Below, piece by piece: positions 1 through 13,400 of a stretch of 64,000 bases of DNA. Positions within the stretch are counted from its first letter, which is position 1; each line of letters begins with the position of its first letter. Location of the stretch: assembly GCA_043228905.1 (NCBI GenBank), contig JBHGNT010000018.1, positions 6,820,001 through 6,884,000 of the forward strand, given 5' to 3'. The stretch comes from Azolla caroliniana. Taxonomy: Eukaryota; Plantae; Polypodiophyta. The notes under the pieces are model-generated. The model made no database searches. It was not told the origin of the DNA and saw only the letters and a program-made list of their open reading frames with translations. The translations under genes were made by a program, and so were the position numbers.

Positions 1-1349
1 ACTCTTTCCTTGCTCCATTTCATGATATACGCCTACTAGATTTACTGTTTTGGTTGTATACACATTTGGAAATACTTGTCCACCATGCACAATTGAAGAT
101 GAGGTCTGAAGATTGGTGGGAGGCATCAAGTTTGCACCAAAAGCCATCATTTGGGGAAATCCCATGGAACTCATCATCTTCACTTGCCGATCATAACCTT
201 GACAAACTTGGATAAGAGCTTCAAAAGATGTTGGATCCTTCAAGTTTGCCTCCAAACAGAAATACATGTCAAGACCCATCTTGAATCGTTCCATCTTAAA
301 CCACTCGTCTTCAATGCCACCACGAACGCGAATCCACATTGTCCACAAATCCTTGAAATTTCTTTCATACTCAATGAAACCAAGAGGTAATTCCATCTTT
401 AGTCGAAAAAGTTCTTCCCTTACTTCGGTTGCACTTAGTTGTTGAATATATCTAGCCCGAAATTGATGCACCAACAATTGATATGCTCCTTGTTGGTTTG
501 GTTGAAGGGAGTCATACCAATCTCGAGCTCGACCCTAGAATGTTGCTACCAACAAGGGAAACTTTTCATTGTCAGTGATGCGTCCAATAGAGATGGCATG
601 ATGCTCAAAGGATACCAAAAGGCACCAACATCTTGTGTTCTTTCACCTGAGAATGCAAATTGCATTGCTAAAGCTAATGCAATACGCTAACACAAAGAAA
701 AGATAAGACTTCCCTCCTATATGGAAAGGATTGATCCTCCTTGGAGCGCCAAAATGATAGGGTGTATAAGACAAATGATAGTCGTACACAATATGAGGGA
801 TTCACCAAACCGATTAGAGAGAGTTGTGAATTATAATAGATTATAAATACCAAGGTGGTTACGAATTAGGGAGAGAAACTCAATAAATTAAGAGAAAAGA
901 TAGAGATGACGAGAAAGAGATAAGAATGCTATAATATTCTACTATTGAGACAATACAATTGGGATAAACTCCAAATTCAACTAATGAACCAAAGAACTTC
1001 TTAACTTCCAATCACCCAAACCCACAAATTTCTTCACTATTCTACCTTAATCTCTTTCCTCCTTCAACTATACTTCCTTCTTCCCACTACTAAGACTCCT
1101 CCTTCTCTTCTAAGACTCTTCCTCTCTTCTAAGCCTCCCACTCTCTTCTAAGACTTCCCTTTTATAATCTTCTTATTATTTCTCTTTCCTCATTTTTTCA
1201 CGCTTTTTTAGAAGTTTTTTATCTCCTATTTTTAGCTATGACACAACGACCTTCTAATCGTCATATTGCCCTCATCCGAGCTCCACATTTAGAGATTTAA
1301 AAAGATACAGAAAGCTCTCTTTACTAGCCATCTAACCCATATTTAAACA
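1..1349 (-). mobile_element. Degenerate Gypsy-type LTR retrotransposon: 5' LTR (~755-1349, probably completed by 15050-15065), PBS and decayed gag running off the left edge
   Basis: Minus-strand PBS-like TGGCGCTCCAAGGAGG at ~736-751 next to an LTR-like TG at 755. Minus-strand gag-like remnant (..MERFKMGL..DPTSFEALIQ..) at ~180-400. After Copia A is removed, the flank continues to ...GGGTGACA at 15065, i.e. a TGTCAC LTR start on the minus strand. Confidence 0.55.
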
Positions 1350-1558
1350 TGTTGAGAATCAAAATCAACTTCCCATAGGAATGGTGTTCACAGTAGGTAG
1401 TGGACCACTTAGGAGGACATTTCTGTAATTAGTAGAAAGGGCATTTGCCCTAGACTAGTTGGTATTTAAACCAACCTTTTGTAACTGAGTAAACGTTGGA
1501 TGTAATATACAGTTTCTTATCTAGAACTCTCTCTCTCTCATTCTCTCTTATCTCACGT

Positions 1559-1564
<6 letters not shown>

Positions 1565-1635
<71 letters not shown>
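1565..1635. repeat. (AC)n microsatellite, ~35 units, inside the 5' LTR of Copia A
   Basis: Seen directly; the 3' LTR has only a few AC units at ~14997-15004. Confidence 0.95.
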
Positions 1636-1637
<2 letters not shown>

Positions 1638-3519
1638 CCTTCCGCTACACAGAAACGAAACAAAACCCAACTTGACACACATCGACTACCTAGCGTGGAA
1701 GCAGGCCGTGAGCTGTGTGTTGTATGGCCTTGCGTCATGCATTCATGACCACATGCTTGGCTATATTCGAGATTCAAAAACACTGAAAGAAGCTTGGGGA
1801 AATCTCACGAAGATTTTTGCGGCCTATACGGATGCATGAAAGCTCCAACTTTGATAGGAGGTAAACAACATGCAACAGAGGGACATGTTGATCACCGGCG
1901 ATACGTTGAAGATCAAGGAGTTGTGTGATGCCCTCGGTTCGATTAATGTTGTCATCGACAATGAAGAAATGGTGCAAATATGCCTCAACGGCTTGGCACC
2001 TTGATTCGGCACGATCAGATTGGCCATTCTTGCGAGGGAAAACCCTCCCTCCTTTTTTGACTTTCAATCGATTATGTTGGTCGAAGAAAATCACGTTCAA
2101 CAAAGGAACAATGCACCTGATGGTCAGATGCACTACTCACAATTGGATGATAGAAGAGGATTTAGTCGTGGAAATAATGGGTGGTTCGGACGAGGCCGAG
2201 ATGGTCGGCTGACCCAAGAGCGTAACCCCCACCATTGGCAAGAGGATAGGAGCAATCCCAGAGAGTTCGGCGGAAGGGGGAGCCACCCCGCCGGACCGAG
2301 CAATCGTAACAACCCGATCGAATGTGGGTACTATGGAAAACAGACACTATGAAGAGGAGTGCCAAAAAAAGATACGGGACTCGTCTTCGACTAGCCGACA
2401 ACTCATGAACTACGCTTCGAATTCCGACTACGACGATCGTGGTGGGATGTTCGTAATGAGGCATGAAGCACATTCGATGTCGGCACAAGCCTCGACTAGC
2501 ACCTCTTCTTCAGATAACATATGGTTTGTCGCCTAGGGAGCATCCAATCACATGACGTCCCATCAAGATTGGGTCCGAGAATTACGAAAGCCCGATCGAC
2601 CCGTCTATGTCGAAACCGGAGATGAAACGACTCACCCAATTCAGCATGTCAGAAATGCTCCATTCGGAAATGACAGCAAACAAACCTACCTCAAGAACTT
2701 CTTGCATGTCCCAACCATCATGAAAAACCTAGTCACGGTAGGCCACATTGTCGAACAAGGTATGCAAGTACGATTCAATAATATCGCATGGTTTCCAAGA
2801 AGGCCGAATGTTCATCCTCGAATCAGAGGAGGTGAAATCGGCTATGTTCGCAATAAGCCTTAAAGTCAAAACAGACTTGAAACTGTGGCACATGAGAATC
2901 GGCCACATCAATCTCCAAAAGCTCCAGAACATGCAAACGAAAGGAGCCGTAATCAGACTTCCGAACTTTACGGATAGAGAGATTACAGGCATATGCGAAG
3001 CGTGCTATTTCGGAAAACAATGCCGACATCTATTCCCAAAAGAGAGGATTGTAAGCAAAGGGATCCTGGATGTAGTACATTCAGATATGTGAGGACCAGC
3101 TCAAACAACTACATTCGGTGGTTGAAAATATTATGTCACCTTCATCAACGACTTTTCCAGGCACACTTGGATCTACCTGTAAAGAAATCAGGAGCAAGTG
3201 CGACTGAGATGCAGCGGAAGGACTGTGTGTGTGTGAGTACATAAGGCAAAACAGAGAGAGAGAGAGAGAGCTTAAGACAGAGATAAAAGACTGTATGATA
3301 CATTAACCAAAATACTTCCAACAATAACTAGGTTACAAGGGGTTGGTTTAAATACCAACTAAGCTAGGGTAAGTGCCCTTTCTACTATTTACAAAACTAG
3401 CCTGGTATGTCTATGAGCTAGTGTGAAACCTATTACTATGGGAAGTTGAGTTCAACTCTCAACACGCCCCTTCGAACACAACTTCCATCTATCGAAAAGT
3501 TGTTTCGGTTCGGTCTTCG

Positions 3520-6500
3520 TGTTGAGATATCAAGTTCAACTAGTTTAATCTAGTTAGTCAACACATGTAACTTAGTAGTTACCTAGATCGAATCTAGTTA
3601 ATGTGTTGACCTTAAGCCTTTAAATAGGACCTTGTACTTAAGTGGGATATTCTAGATCCTCCACTCCTTAGTACATTTAAAGTAGGACTTACACATAAGT
3701 ACCTATGTTCTACCCACACATGTGCACCTTTGCACATGGGTTGTATATATACCTCATTGTGGGTATTTTTGTATTGCGATGACACTTTTTAATATAGTCA
3801 ATCATCCCCCATTTATCTTCATGCTCATAAGTGTAACTTCCTCTCTCTCTCTCTCTCTCTCTCTTCCTCTCACACACTCTCACGTGCATATCATACTAAT
3901 CTTCCACTGCTTAACGTAACCATATAATTAGTCTCTGATTAACCCTAGTTAATTACCTAATTCCTTAACATGGTATCAGAGCACGTGGTTTAGGAAATCC
4001 ACTAAGCCCACCGCTTATCCGTGATTGTGTGTTCGAGATGCCGACGACAAATCCCGGTTATTCGCTATCCGCTACCGTAGTGCCGCTACGAAGGACGTGT
4101 ATGCGACCAAGAGAAGAAAAACAAAACGAAAGACACAACAATCAACATGAACACAAAAATGGGAAGCTCACTCCCTAACGAAAAGCTAGACTGAAGCAAC
4201 TATTCATCTTGGGAGTACAAGATAAATCAATACCTTGTCGGCCAAGGGTATTGGAGCTACATCAACGGCGCACAAGAAAACAAACCCGAAACCAGACACG
4301 CCAACTACCCAACATGGGAGCAAGGCGTGAGTCGGGTAATGTATTGCTTGGCAACATGTGTAAACGACCACATGCTTAGCCACATTCGTGACGCCAAGAC
4401 GCCCAAAGAGGTGTGGGAAAATCTCAAGAAGATTTTCGCCGCAGACACATCCGCGCGCAAGCTTCAGCTCCGGCAAGAGTTGAACAACATACAACAAAAA
4501 GAAATGTCTGTGACGGACTACACCACCAAGATCAAGAGCATTTGCAAATCTCTTGGCTCCATCAATGTCAACATCGACGAGGACGAGATGGTGCAAGTAT
4601 GCTTGAGCGGACTCGCACAACGATTCAACCCGTTGAGAACGGCAATCTCGGCGAGAGATACCCCTCCCTCGTTCTTCAACCTCCAATCAATGCTATTGGT
4701 TGAAGAAAACCACGTTCAATCAAAGACCAACACATTGGAAGGACAAATGCTCTTCTCCAATACGGATGGTGCCCAAAGACGAGGTCGAAGCGGAAGAGGT
4801 CAATTCGACCTATCCCACGAAGGGAATTCACAATTTCGGCAAGGAAACGGAAGCCATCGAGGAACCTTCACAAGAAGGGGGAGCTTCCATGCCAAACAAG
4901 GTCGGCGAACGACGCCACCTACCTGCAACTATTGCGGCAAAATCGGCCATCGCAAAGAGGAGTGCCGAAAAAGACGAAGCGAGTCGGCCTCAACAAGCCG
5001 GCAACTCACAAATTACGTCGTGAACGCGGAATACGCAGACTACGGCGGACTCTTCGTGATGAGGCATAGAGTGAACTCTATGATGGCCTCCGATCCCGCA
5101 AACTCCGCAAGCACCTCCAACTTTGAACACGTGTGGTTCGTAGACTCCGGCGCCTCGCACCACATGATGTCGCACCAAGAGTGGTTTCGCGACTTGCGAA
5201 CGCCGGATCGACCCAGCTACATAGAGACCGGAGATGACACTCCGCATCCCATTCGGCACATCGGCGATGTCCCATTCGGGAAAGAAGGTGAGCAAACCTC
5301 CATCAAGAATGTCTTGCACGTGCCCATAATAACAAAGAATTTGGTCTCAGTCGGCATAATCGTGGAGCAAGGCATGCAAGTCCGCTTCAACAATGAAGGT
5401 TGCTTCATCGAGAAAGACAACCGACTCATAGCCAAGGGACGGAGAGACGGTCGCTTGTTCATCCTCGACTCGAATGAGGTAAAATCGGCCATGTACGCCA
5501 AAGGTCTCAAGACCGAGACAAACATCGAGTTGTGGCACAAGCGAATCGGCCACGTAAACCTCCAACGGCTTCGCGGAATGCAATCAAAGGGAGTCGTAAT
5601 CGGACTTCCGGCCTTTGAATCGAAACGAGTCGACCGAGTGTGCGAAGCATGCCAACTCGGCAAACAACATCGACTCCCATTCCCGAAGGAGAGCTCCGCA
5701 AGCAAAGGCCTCCTTGACATAATCCACTCGGACGTATGGGGACCGGCTCAAACGCCAACGCTCAGCGAATGCCGCTACTACGTCACCTTCATCGACGACC
5801 ACTCGCGCTACGCGTGGATATACCCGATGAAGAAGAAGAGCGAAGTGCTCTCCCACTTTCAAAGGCTCAAAAACCAAGTGGAGAAAGAAACCGGTCGGCA
5901 CATTCGATGCCTACGATCGGACGGAGGGAAGGAGTACTTCTCCGACGAGTTCACCTCCTACCTCCAAGGTGAAGGCATTCGGAGGTAATTCTCATGCCGA
6001 CACACTCCCCAACAAAACGGAGTAGCCGAGAGAAAGAATCGGCAAATTCTCGAGGTAGCACGCGCCATGATGCATGAGAAGCACATGCCGAATTTCTATT
6101 GGGCCGAAGCGGCATCCACGGCCGTCTATCTCATGAACCGGTGCACCACCAATGGAGTCCACGAGCTTACTCCATACGAGATCTTCGTTGGAAGGAAGCC
6201 CATTCTCGCGCACCTCAAGGTGTTCGGAAGCATTGCGAATGTACACATCCTGAACGAAAGTCGAGAGAAGCCCGACGCGAAGTCAGAAGAATGTATCCTC
6301 ATAGGATACTTGTCCACGAAGAAGGCGTACAAGTGCTTCAACCCTTCGACCTGAGCGGTGCGGATAAGTCGCGACGTTGTTTTCAACGAATCGGCACCTT
6401 GGTATAAGCCCGATGCGACTCCATCTGACCCAATCGAGGAAAAGTTGAACGCCAACTCGGATGACGAAACTTGGCCAAGTCCTCCACTGAAGGATAATCC

Positions 6501-7410
6501 AAGCTCTACCAAGCTAATTGGCCCACAAGGGCCTCCACAAGATGAAAACACGTCGTGGCCAAGTCTGACATCGGACAAAGGCAAAGGTAAGATGCCCGAA
6601 TACGAAGTCGAGGTCCACCCCGACGATCGTGATTCGGATGATTCGGCTCGCTCACTAGACAGTGAGTTCGGTGTACCCATCATGAGGACACCCGGAGTAA
6701 AGAAGGCGCTCACATCGAAAAATGAGAAACTCCGCCACTCATCATGAGCAAAGACCCAAGTCACTCGTTATGCCTACAACGAGTATATGGCCCATCACTA
6801 TGCCCTCGCGATGGAGATAGTGGCCGAACAAGAGCCCGAGGATCCAAGCCTTCGTCACAGGCTTGAGGGGGAGAACAAAGCCGCGGAGAGCCGCACAACG
6901 AAGCAGCGAAGACGCTAAGAAAGCCGCGCAACGCCGCGAAGAAAGCCGCAAGCCGCACCGATGCGTGTTGAGATATCAAGCTCAACTAGTTTAATCTAGT
7001 TAGTCAACACATGTAACTTAGTAGTTACCTAGATCGAATCTAGTTAATGTGTTGACCTTAAGCCTTTAAATAGGACCTTGTACTTAAGTGGGATATTCTA
7101 GATCCTTTACTCCTTAGTACATTTAATGTAGGACTTACACATAAGTACCTATGTTCTACCCACACATGTGCACCTTTGCACATGGGTTGTATATATACCT
7201 CATTGTGGGTATTTTTGTATTGCGATGACACTTTTTAATATAGTCAATCATCCCCCATTTATCTTCGTGCTCATAAGTGTAACTTCCTCTCTCTCTCTCT
7301 TCCTCTCACACACTCTCACGTGCATATCATACTAATCTTCCGTTGCTTAACGTAACCATATAATTAGTCTCTAATTAACCCTAGTTAATTACCTAATCCG
7401 GCTTCTGACA
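3520..7410 (+). mobile_element. Ty1/Copia element C, internally deleted (gag-PR-INT, no RT or RNase H), inserted in the 3' UTR of B
   Basis: LTRs 3520-3970 and 6966-7410, highly similar; PBS TGGTATCAGAGC at 3971; TSD TTCG(T). Coding sequence jumps from ..AEQEP (~6840) to the pol-end/PPT motif TTGAGGGGGAG. Confidence 0.9.
4147..6870 (+). pseudogene. Gag-protease-integrase polyprotein of Copia C, with in-frame stops
   Basis: ORF 4327-5988 contains a CCHC knuckle (CNYCGKIGHRKEEC), PR motif VDSGAS, the LWHKRIGH..CEAC zinc-binding region and INT core (HSDVWGP, RSDGGKEY). It continues past stops at ~5986, ~6352 and ~6745. Confidence 0.88.
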
Positions 7411-10400
7411 TTCGTAATCCTTGAACTTGATTGTTCGGCTTTTCGGCTTCGTGCTCGGTTCAATTAACTGGGTGTTGCGTACTCGATCAATTGCGTACAG
7501 TGCGTGCGTCTCGTGTAGTACTCCCCCTCAAGTTCGGCAATGTGGATGTCACGAGACCAAGGTCCGAGGCGAATTGCCCAAGTTTGTCAACACCTAAGGC
7601 CTTCGTAAACATATCAGCAACTTGGAGGTGTGTACTGATGTGTTGTAGATCGATTTCTCTGGCATGTACGCACTCGCGGATGAAGGGGTAGTACGCGCGT
7701 GAAATTCGGGGTTTCGCACCAAGTAGATGTTGCTCATGTTGTCGCAGTATAGGCGAACCAGATCTTTGATGGGTATGCCCAGATCCTTTAGAATACGCTT
7801 GAGCCATACGGCTTCGCATGCGGTGACTGTCGCGCCCCTGTATTCGGCTTCTGTGCTCGATAGTGTGACTGTCGGCTGCTTCTTACTACTCCACGAGATC
7901 GCTCCACTACCAAGGGAGAAGAAAAATCCGGATGTGGATCGTCTATCCGTTTTGTATCCTGCCTAGTCCGTGTTTGTGTATCCTTCGAGTCGAATTATTG
8001 TATTTGACTGATACATAATGCCATAATCCATCGTCATACTGACATACCGAAGTATCCTCTTAGCGCAAGTGAGATGAAAGTTTCATAGATTCTGCATGAA
8101 TTGACTAAGTAGCCCGACCGAATAACTGAGGTCGGGAGTCGTAATGGTGAGATAGATTAAGTCGTCGATCAGTTGACGATACTGAGTTGACTCGCACTTG
8201 ATTGAGATTACGATCAAGATGGGTAGACACAAGTTTGCACTCGGTCATTCCGAACTTGTACAGAAGGTTGAGAATGTAGTGTCGTTGAGAAATCATTATT
8301 CCGACTGGTGTCCGAATTACTTCAATGCCAAGGAAGTAATGGAGCTCGTGCAAGTCTTTCATTACGAATCTGCCGGAAAGAAGTGATTTGACCTTGTTAA
8401 TCTTGGCGAGGTCCTTTCCTCCGATGAACAAATCATCCACATAAAGGATGATGACAATCGGGCTATCCGAATCGTTTCGGATGTACAGAGAAGTATCGGA
8501 TTTTGACATTCAAAATCCGATCTGATGTAGAGAGGCTTCTTGAGTTGGCACATGGAGTTCGGATGATTGCGCGATTCAAAACCGGGTGGTTGGATCATGT
8601 ACACCTCCTCTTCCAATTCTCCTTGAAGAAAGACATTCTTGACGTCCATCTGGTTGAGGTGCCACCCTTTTTGCTGTCGTGATTGCAATTACGGTCCGCA
8701 CAGTTGTCATGTTTGCCACCGGGGCAAAGGTTTCTTCGTAGTCTACGCCGTGCGTTTGCGCGTATCCTTTCGCAACCAGCCGTGCTTTAAAGTGATTTAT
8801 GGAGCCATCGACATTGTGTTTCACTTTGTAAATCCACATGTAGCCAATTGCTTTCCTGTCGGAGGGTGAGGAACGAGATCCCAGGTCTCTTTTTTGCATA
8901 ACGCTTCCATTTCCTCATTCATCGCATCGACCCATCGCGGATCCTTTATGGCTTCGAAAAGCATCTCCGGCTCCCGTACTGACGCTACCTTCATCATGAA
9001 GGCGTAATGTTACGCCATATAATCGTTGTAGCCGAAGCGGCTCACGGGGTTCTTTTCATGGGTGGACCGGCGTAACTTCTCTTTCGCGGAGATGAATGCT
9101 TTCTTCGCTCCATTCGTTTGGGAGATCGGGATGTCCAAGCCTTCGAACTCACTATCAAGGGAGTGAGTTAACGTGATATCGATTGGATCTTCGTATTCGG
9201 ACATCTTGGCCTTCCCTTTGTCGAGTTTCAGACTCGGCTGAAATGTGCTTTGGTCACTCGGGGGCTCCCATGGTCCACTAAGCCGTGTCGTACTCGGGCT
9301 TTCTTCAAACATGCGCATGAGTTGATCTTCTTTTTCTATCTCCATTTTGTCAGAATCCGGGTCGAGCGGAGTCAGAGTCGAAGTTGTTTCTGGTGCGTAC
9401 CAGGATGCGGACTCGTCGAAAACGACATCTCAACTTACGCGAGCTTTTCGGGTAGATGGGTTGTAGCATTTGTACCCCTTCTGTTCGAGTGAGTATCCTA
9501 CGAGGATACATTTCTCCGACTTCGGGTCGATTTTTTGTCATGTATCGTCGGGAATATGTACATAAGCGATTGCGCCGAAAATGCGGAGATGTGATAAGTT
9601 TGGCTTCTTTCCAAAGAACTTCTCATGAGGAGTTACATCGTGTACTCCCGAGGTTGTGCACCTATTCATGAGGTAAATAGCCGTGTTCGCCGCTTCTGTC
9701 CAATACGATTTCGGTAGGTTCTTCTCATTCATCATAGCCCGTGCGACTTCTACTATGTGCCGATTTTTATGCTCAACTACGCCGTTCTGCTGAGGTGTGT
9801 GACGACATGAGAACTCTCGTCAGATTCCTTCGTTTCGGAGATATGTCGTAAAATTGGCCGAGAAGTATTCTTTGCCTCCATTCGATTGAAGGCATCATAT
9901 GTGCCAACCCATAGCTTTTTCGATTTCGGCTTTGAATCTCTGGAAGTATCCAAACACTTCGCTCTTTTGTTTCATCGAGTAGATCCAAGTGTTCCTGGAG
10001 AAGTCATTGATGAACGTGACATAGTATCGGCAACCACCGAATGTTGTTTTCGGGCCTGGTCCCCACACATCTGAATGTATGACATCCAGGATGCCTTTGC
10101 TCACATTCCACTCTTTCGGGAATGGATGTCAACGTTGCTTTCCGAACTGGCACACTTCGCATACACCCGTAATCTCCTTCGCGGTAAAGTTCGGGAGTCT
10201 GATTACGATTCCTTTCGATTGCATGTTCTGAAGTTTTTGGAGATTGATGTGGCCGATTCTTTTGTGCCACAAATTTAAGTTTGTTTCGACTTTGAGGCCC
10301 TTTGTGAACATGGCCGACTTTACCTCATTCGATTCAAGGATAAACATATGGCCTTCTCGTCGACCGTGAGCTACGACTTGACCGCCCCTTTCGATTAAGC

Positions 10401-13400
10401 ACCCGTCGTTGTTGAATCGTACTTGCATTCCTTGTTCGACAATCTGGCTGACTGAGACCAGGTTTTTCGTGATGGAGGGGACATGCAATACATTCTTGAG
10501 GTAGGTTTGTTTTCTGTCGTTTCTGAATGGGACGTTCCCGATATGCTATATTGGATGAGTCGTGTCATCTCCTGTTTCGACATATCCGGGACGTTCAGGC
10601 TTCCGTAGTTCTCGGAACCAATATTCATAAGACATCATGTGATTGGATGCTCCCGAATCGACAAACCATACGTTATTTGAGTCAGAGGCACTAGTTGAAT
10701 CCTATGCTGACATTGAGTGTGCTTCGTGTCTCATTACGAACATTTCGCTATGATCGTCGTAGTCGGAATTCGTAAACATTCCACTACGATTGTCGTAGTC
10801 GGAATTCGATGCGTAGTTCATGAGCTTTCGGCTAGTTGAAGCCGAGTCTTGTACCTTTTTCCCGCACTCCTCTTCATGGTGGCCGTGTTTTCCATAGTAC
10901 CCGCATTCGATCGGGTTGTTACGATTGCTCGGTTCGGCGTGATGACTCCCCCTTCTGCCGAACTCTCTGGGACCATTCCTATCCACTTGCCATTGGTGGG
11001 GGTTACGCTCTTGAATCTGCCGACCATTACAGCTTGTTCAAATCGACCTCTATTTCCACGGCCGTAATTTCTTCTATCATCCGACTGGGAGTAGAGCATA
11101 TGACCCTCTAGTGCGTTGCTCCTTTTTCGGGCGTGATTTTCCTCAACGAACAATATTGATTGGAGATCAAAAAATGAAGGAGGGTTCTCCCTTGCAAGGA
11201 TGGCCGATCTAATCGAGCCAAATCGGGGTGCTAAGCCGCCAAGGCATATTTGCACCATCTCGTCATCGTCGATTACGACATTAATCGAACCGAGGGCATC
11301 ACACATCTCCTTGATCTTTAAGGTATAGCCCGTGATCGACATGTCCCTTTGTTGCATGTTGTTTAGCTCCTATCGAAGTTGGAGCTTTCGTGCAGCCGTG
11401 TTGGCCGCAAAAATCTTCTTGAGTTTTCCCCAAGCTTATTTCGGTGTTTTCAAATCTCGAATATAGCCAAGCATATGATCATGAACGCATGATGCAAGGC
11501 AATACAATACAACACATGGCTTGCGGCCTGCTACCAAGCAGGATAGTCGGCGTGTGTTGGGTTGGGTTGAGTTTCGTGAGCTCCTTCAATGTAGCTCCAA
11601 TAACCTTGTCCGACAAGGTATTGACGCATCTTGTATTCCCAATATGTGAAATTCGTTTTGTCAAGCTTCTCAGTAGGAAGAGCGCTTCCCATATGAGTGT
11701 TCATTATGTCGATTTCTTCTCTGTTGATTATCGGTGTGTACCACAACACAGTTGAATAGATTCAATTAAGCAACCACACGCTTTGATACCATGTAAAGAA
11801 ATGAGGAGCAAGAGTGGTTGAGATGCAGCGGAAGGACTGTGTGTGTGTGTGTACGTAAGGCAAAACACAGAGAGAGAGAGAGAGCTTAAGATAGAGATAA
11901 AAGATTGTATGTTACATTAACCAAAATACTTCCAACAGTAACTAAGTTACAAGGGGTTGGTTTAAATACCAACTAAGCTAGGGTAAGTGCCCTTTCTACT
12001 ATTTACAAAACTAGTCTGTTATGTCCATGAGCTACTGTGAAACCTATTACTATGGGAAGTTGAGTTCAACTCTCAAAACTACCCGATGAGACAGAAGAGC
12101 AAAGTGTTTAGACACTTCCAAAGGTTCAAAAACGAAGTCAAAAAAGACACGGGTCGGTACATACGTTGCCTCCAATCGGATGGAGGCAAAAAATATTTCT
12201 CGGATGAGAGTACGACATATCTCTGAAAGGAAAGAATACGACGAGAATTCTCGGGCTGACACACACCTCAACAAAATGGAGTAGCTGAACGAAAGAATCG
12301 GCACATAGTAGAGGTGGCAAGGGCCATGATGAATGAGAAGAACATGTTGAAATCGTACTACGCAGAAGTGGCTAGCACAATTGTCTACCTCATGAATAGG
12401 TGTACAACCTCAGGGGTACACGATGTCACCCCTCATGAGAAGTTTTTTGAAAAGAAGCCTAATCTATCACATGTTTGGATATTCGGCTCAATTGCCTATG
12501 TGCATATTCCCGACGAGATATGACAAAAGCTCGACCCAAAGTCACAGAAATGTATCCTCGTAGGGTACTCGCTCGAACAGAAGGGATACAAGTGCTACAG
12601 CCCATGTACATGAAAAGCTCGAGTGAGCGAGACATTGTTTTCGACGAATTGGCATCTTGGTATGATCTAGAGACGACTCTGATTTCTACTCCAATCAACC
12701 CGGAATCGGCTGAACGAGAGATTGAAGCCAAATTTCGACTCGGACACATGTTCGAAGAAAGTCCGATTACGACAATGCTTAGTGGGCCACAAGCGCCCCC
12801 GAGCAACCAAAGCACATCTCGGCCTAGTTCGAAATCGAATCAACTCACTCTCTCGATAGTGGGTTCGAAGGCCTCGACATCCGGACAAATGCGGCGAAGA
12901 AAGCCTTAGTATCTGCGAACGAGAAGCTATGCCGGTCTACTCGTGAAAAGAACCCTGTAAGCCGATTCGGCTACGATGAGTACATGGCGTATCATTACGC
13001 TTTTATGATGAAGGTAATGACAACACGGGAACCGGAAACATTTTCCGAAGCTACCAAGGACCCGCGATGGGTCGAAGTGATGAATGAGGTGATGCAGACC
13101 CTACGCAAAAACAAGACATGGGATCTCGTTCCCCATTCTACACACAAGAAAGCGATCGGTTGTAGATGGATATATAAGGTAAAATACAACACCGACGGCT
13201 CGGTAAATCGCTACAAGGCACAACTCATACCTAAGGGATACGCTCAAACACACGGAGTCAATTACGAGGAGACCTTTGCCCCGGTGGCAAAAATGACGAC
13301 TGTTCGGACAGTTATTGCTCTCGCGACTGCAAAAGGGTGGCACCTCCATCGGATGGACGTAAAGAACGCCTTCCTAAAAGGAGATTTAGACGAGGAGGTC

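Larger units (their letters stand above)
3178..12078 (-). mobile_element. Ty1/Copia element B (degenerate), inserted in the integrase of A
   Basis: 287-bp LTRs at 3178-3464 and 11792-12078; Met-type PBS TGGTATCAAAGC (minus, 11780-11791); TSD CTACC. Fragmented gag/PR/INT/RT(LYVDD)/RNase H ORFs on the minus strand, 11720-7490. Confidence 0.92.

Noticed and set aside
1450-1783. CV and HT dipeptide ORFs
   Set aside because: Translations of the (AC)n microsatellite.
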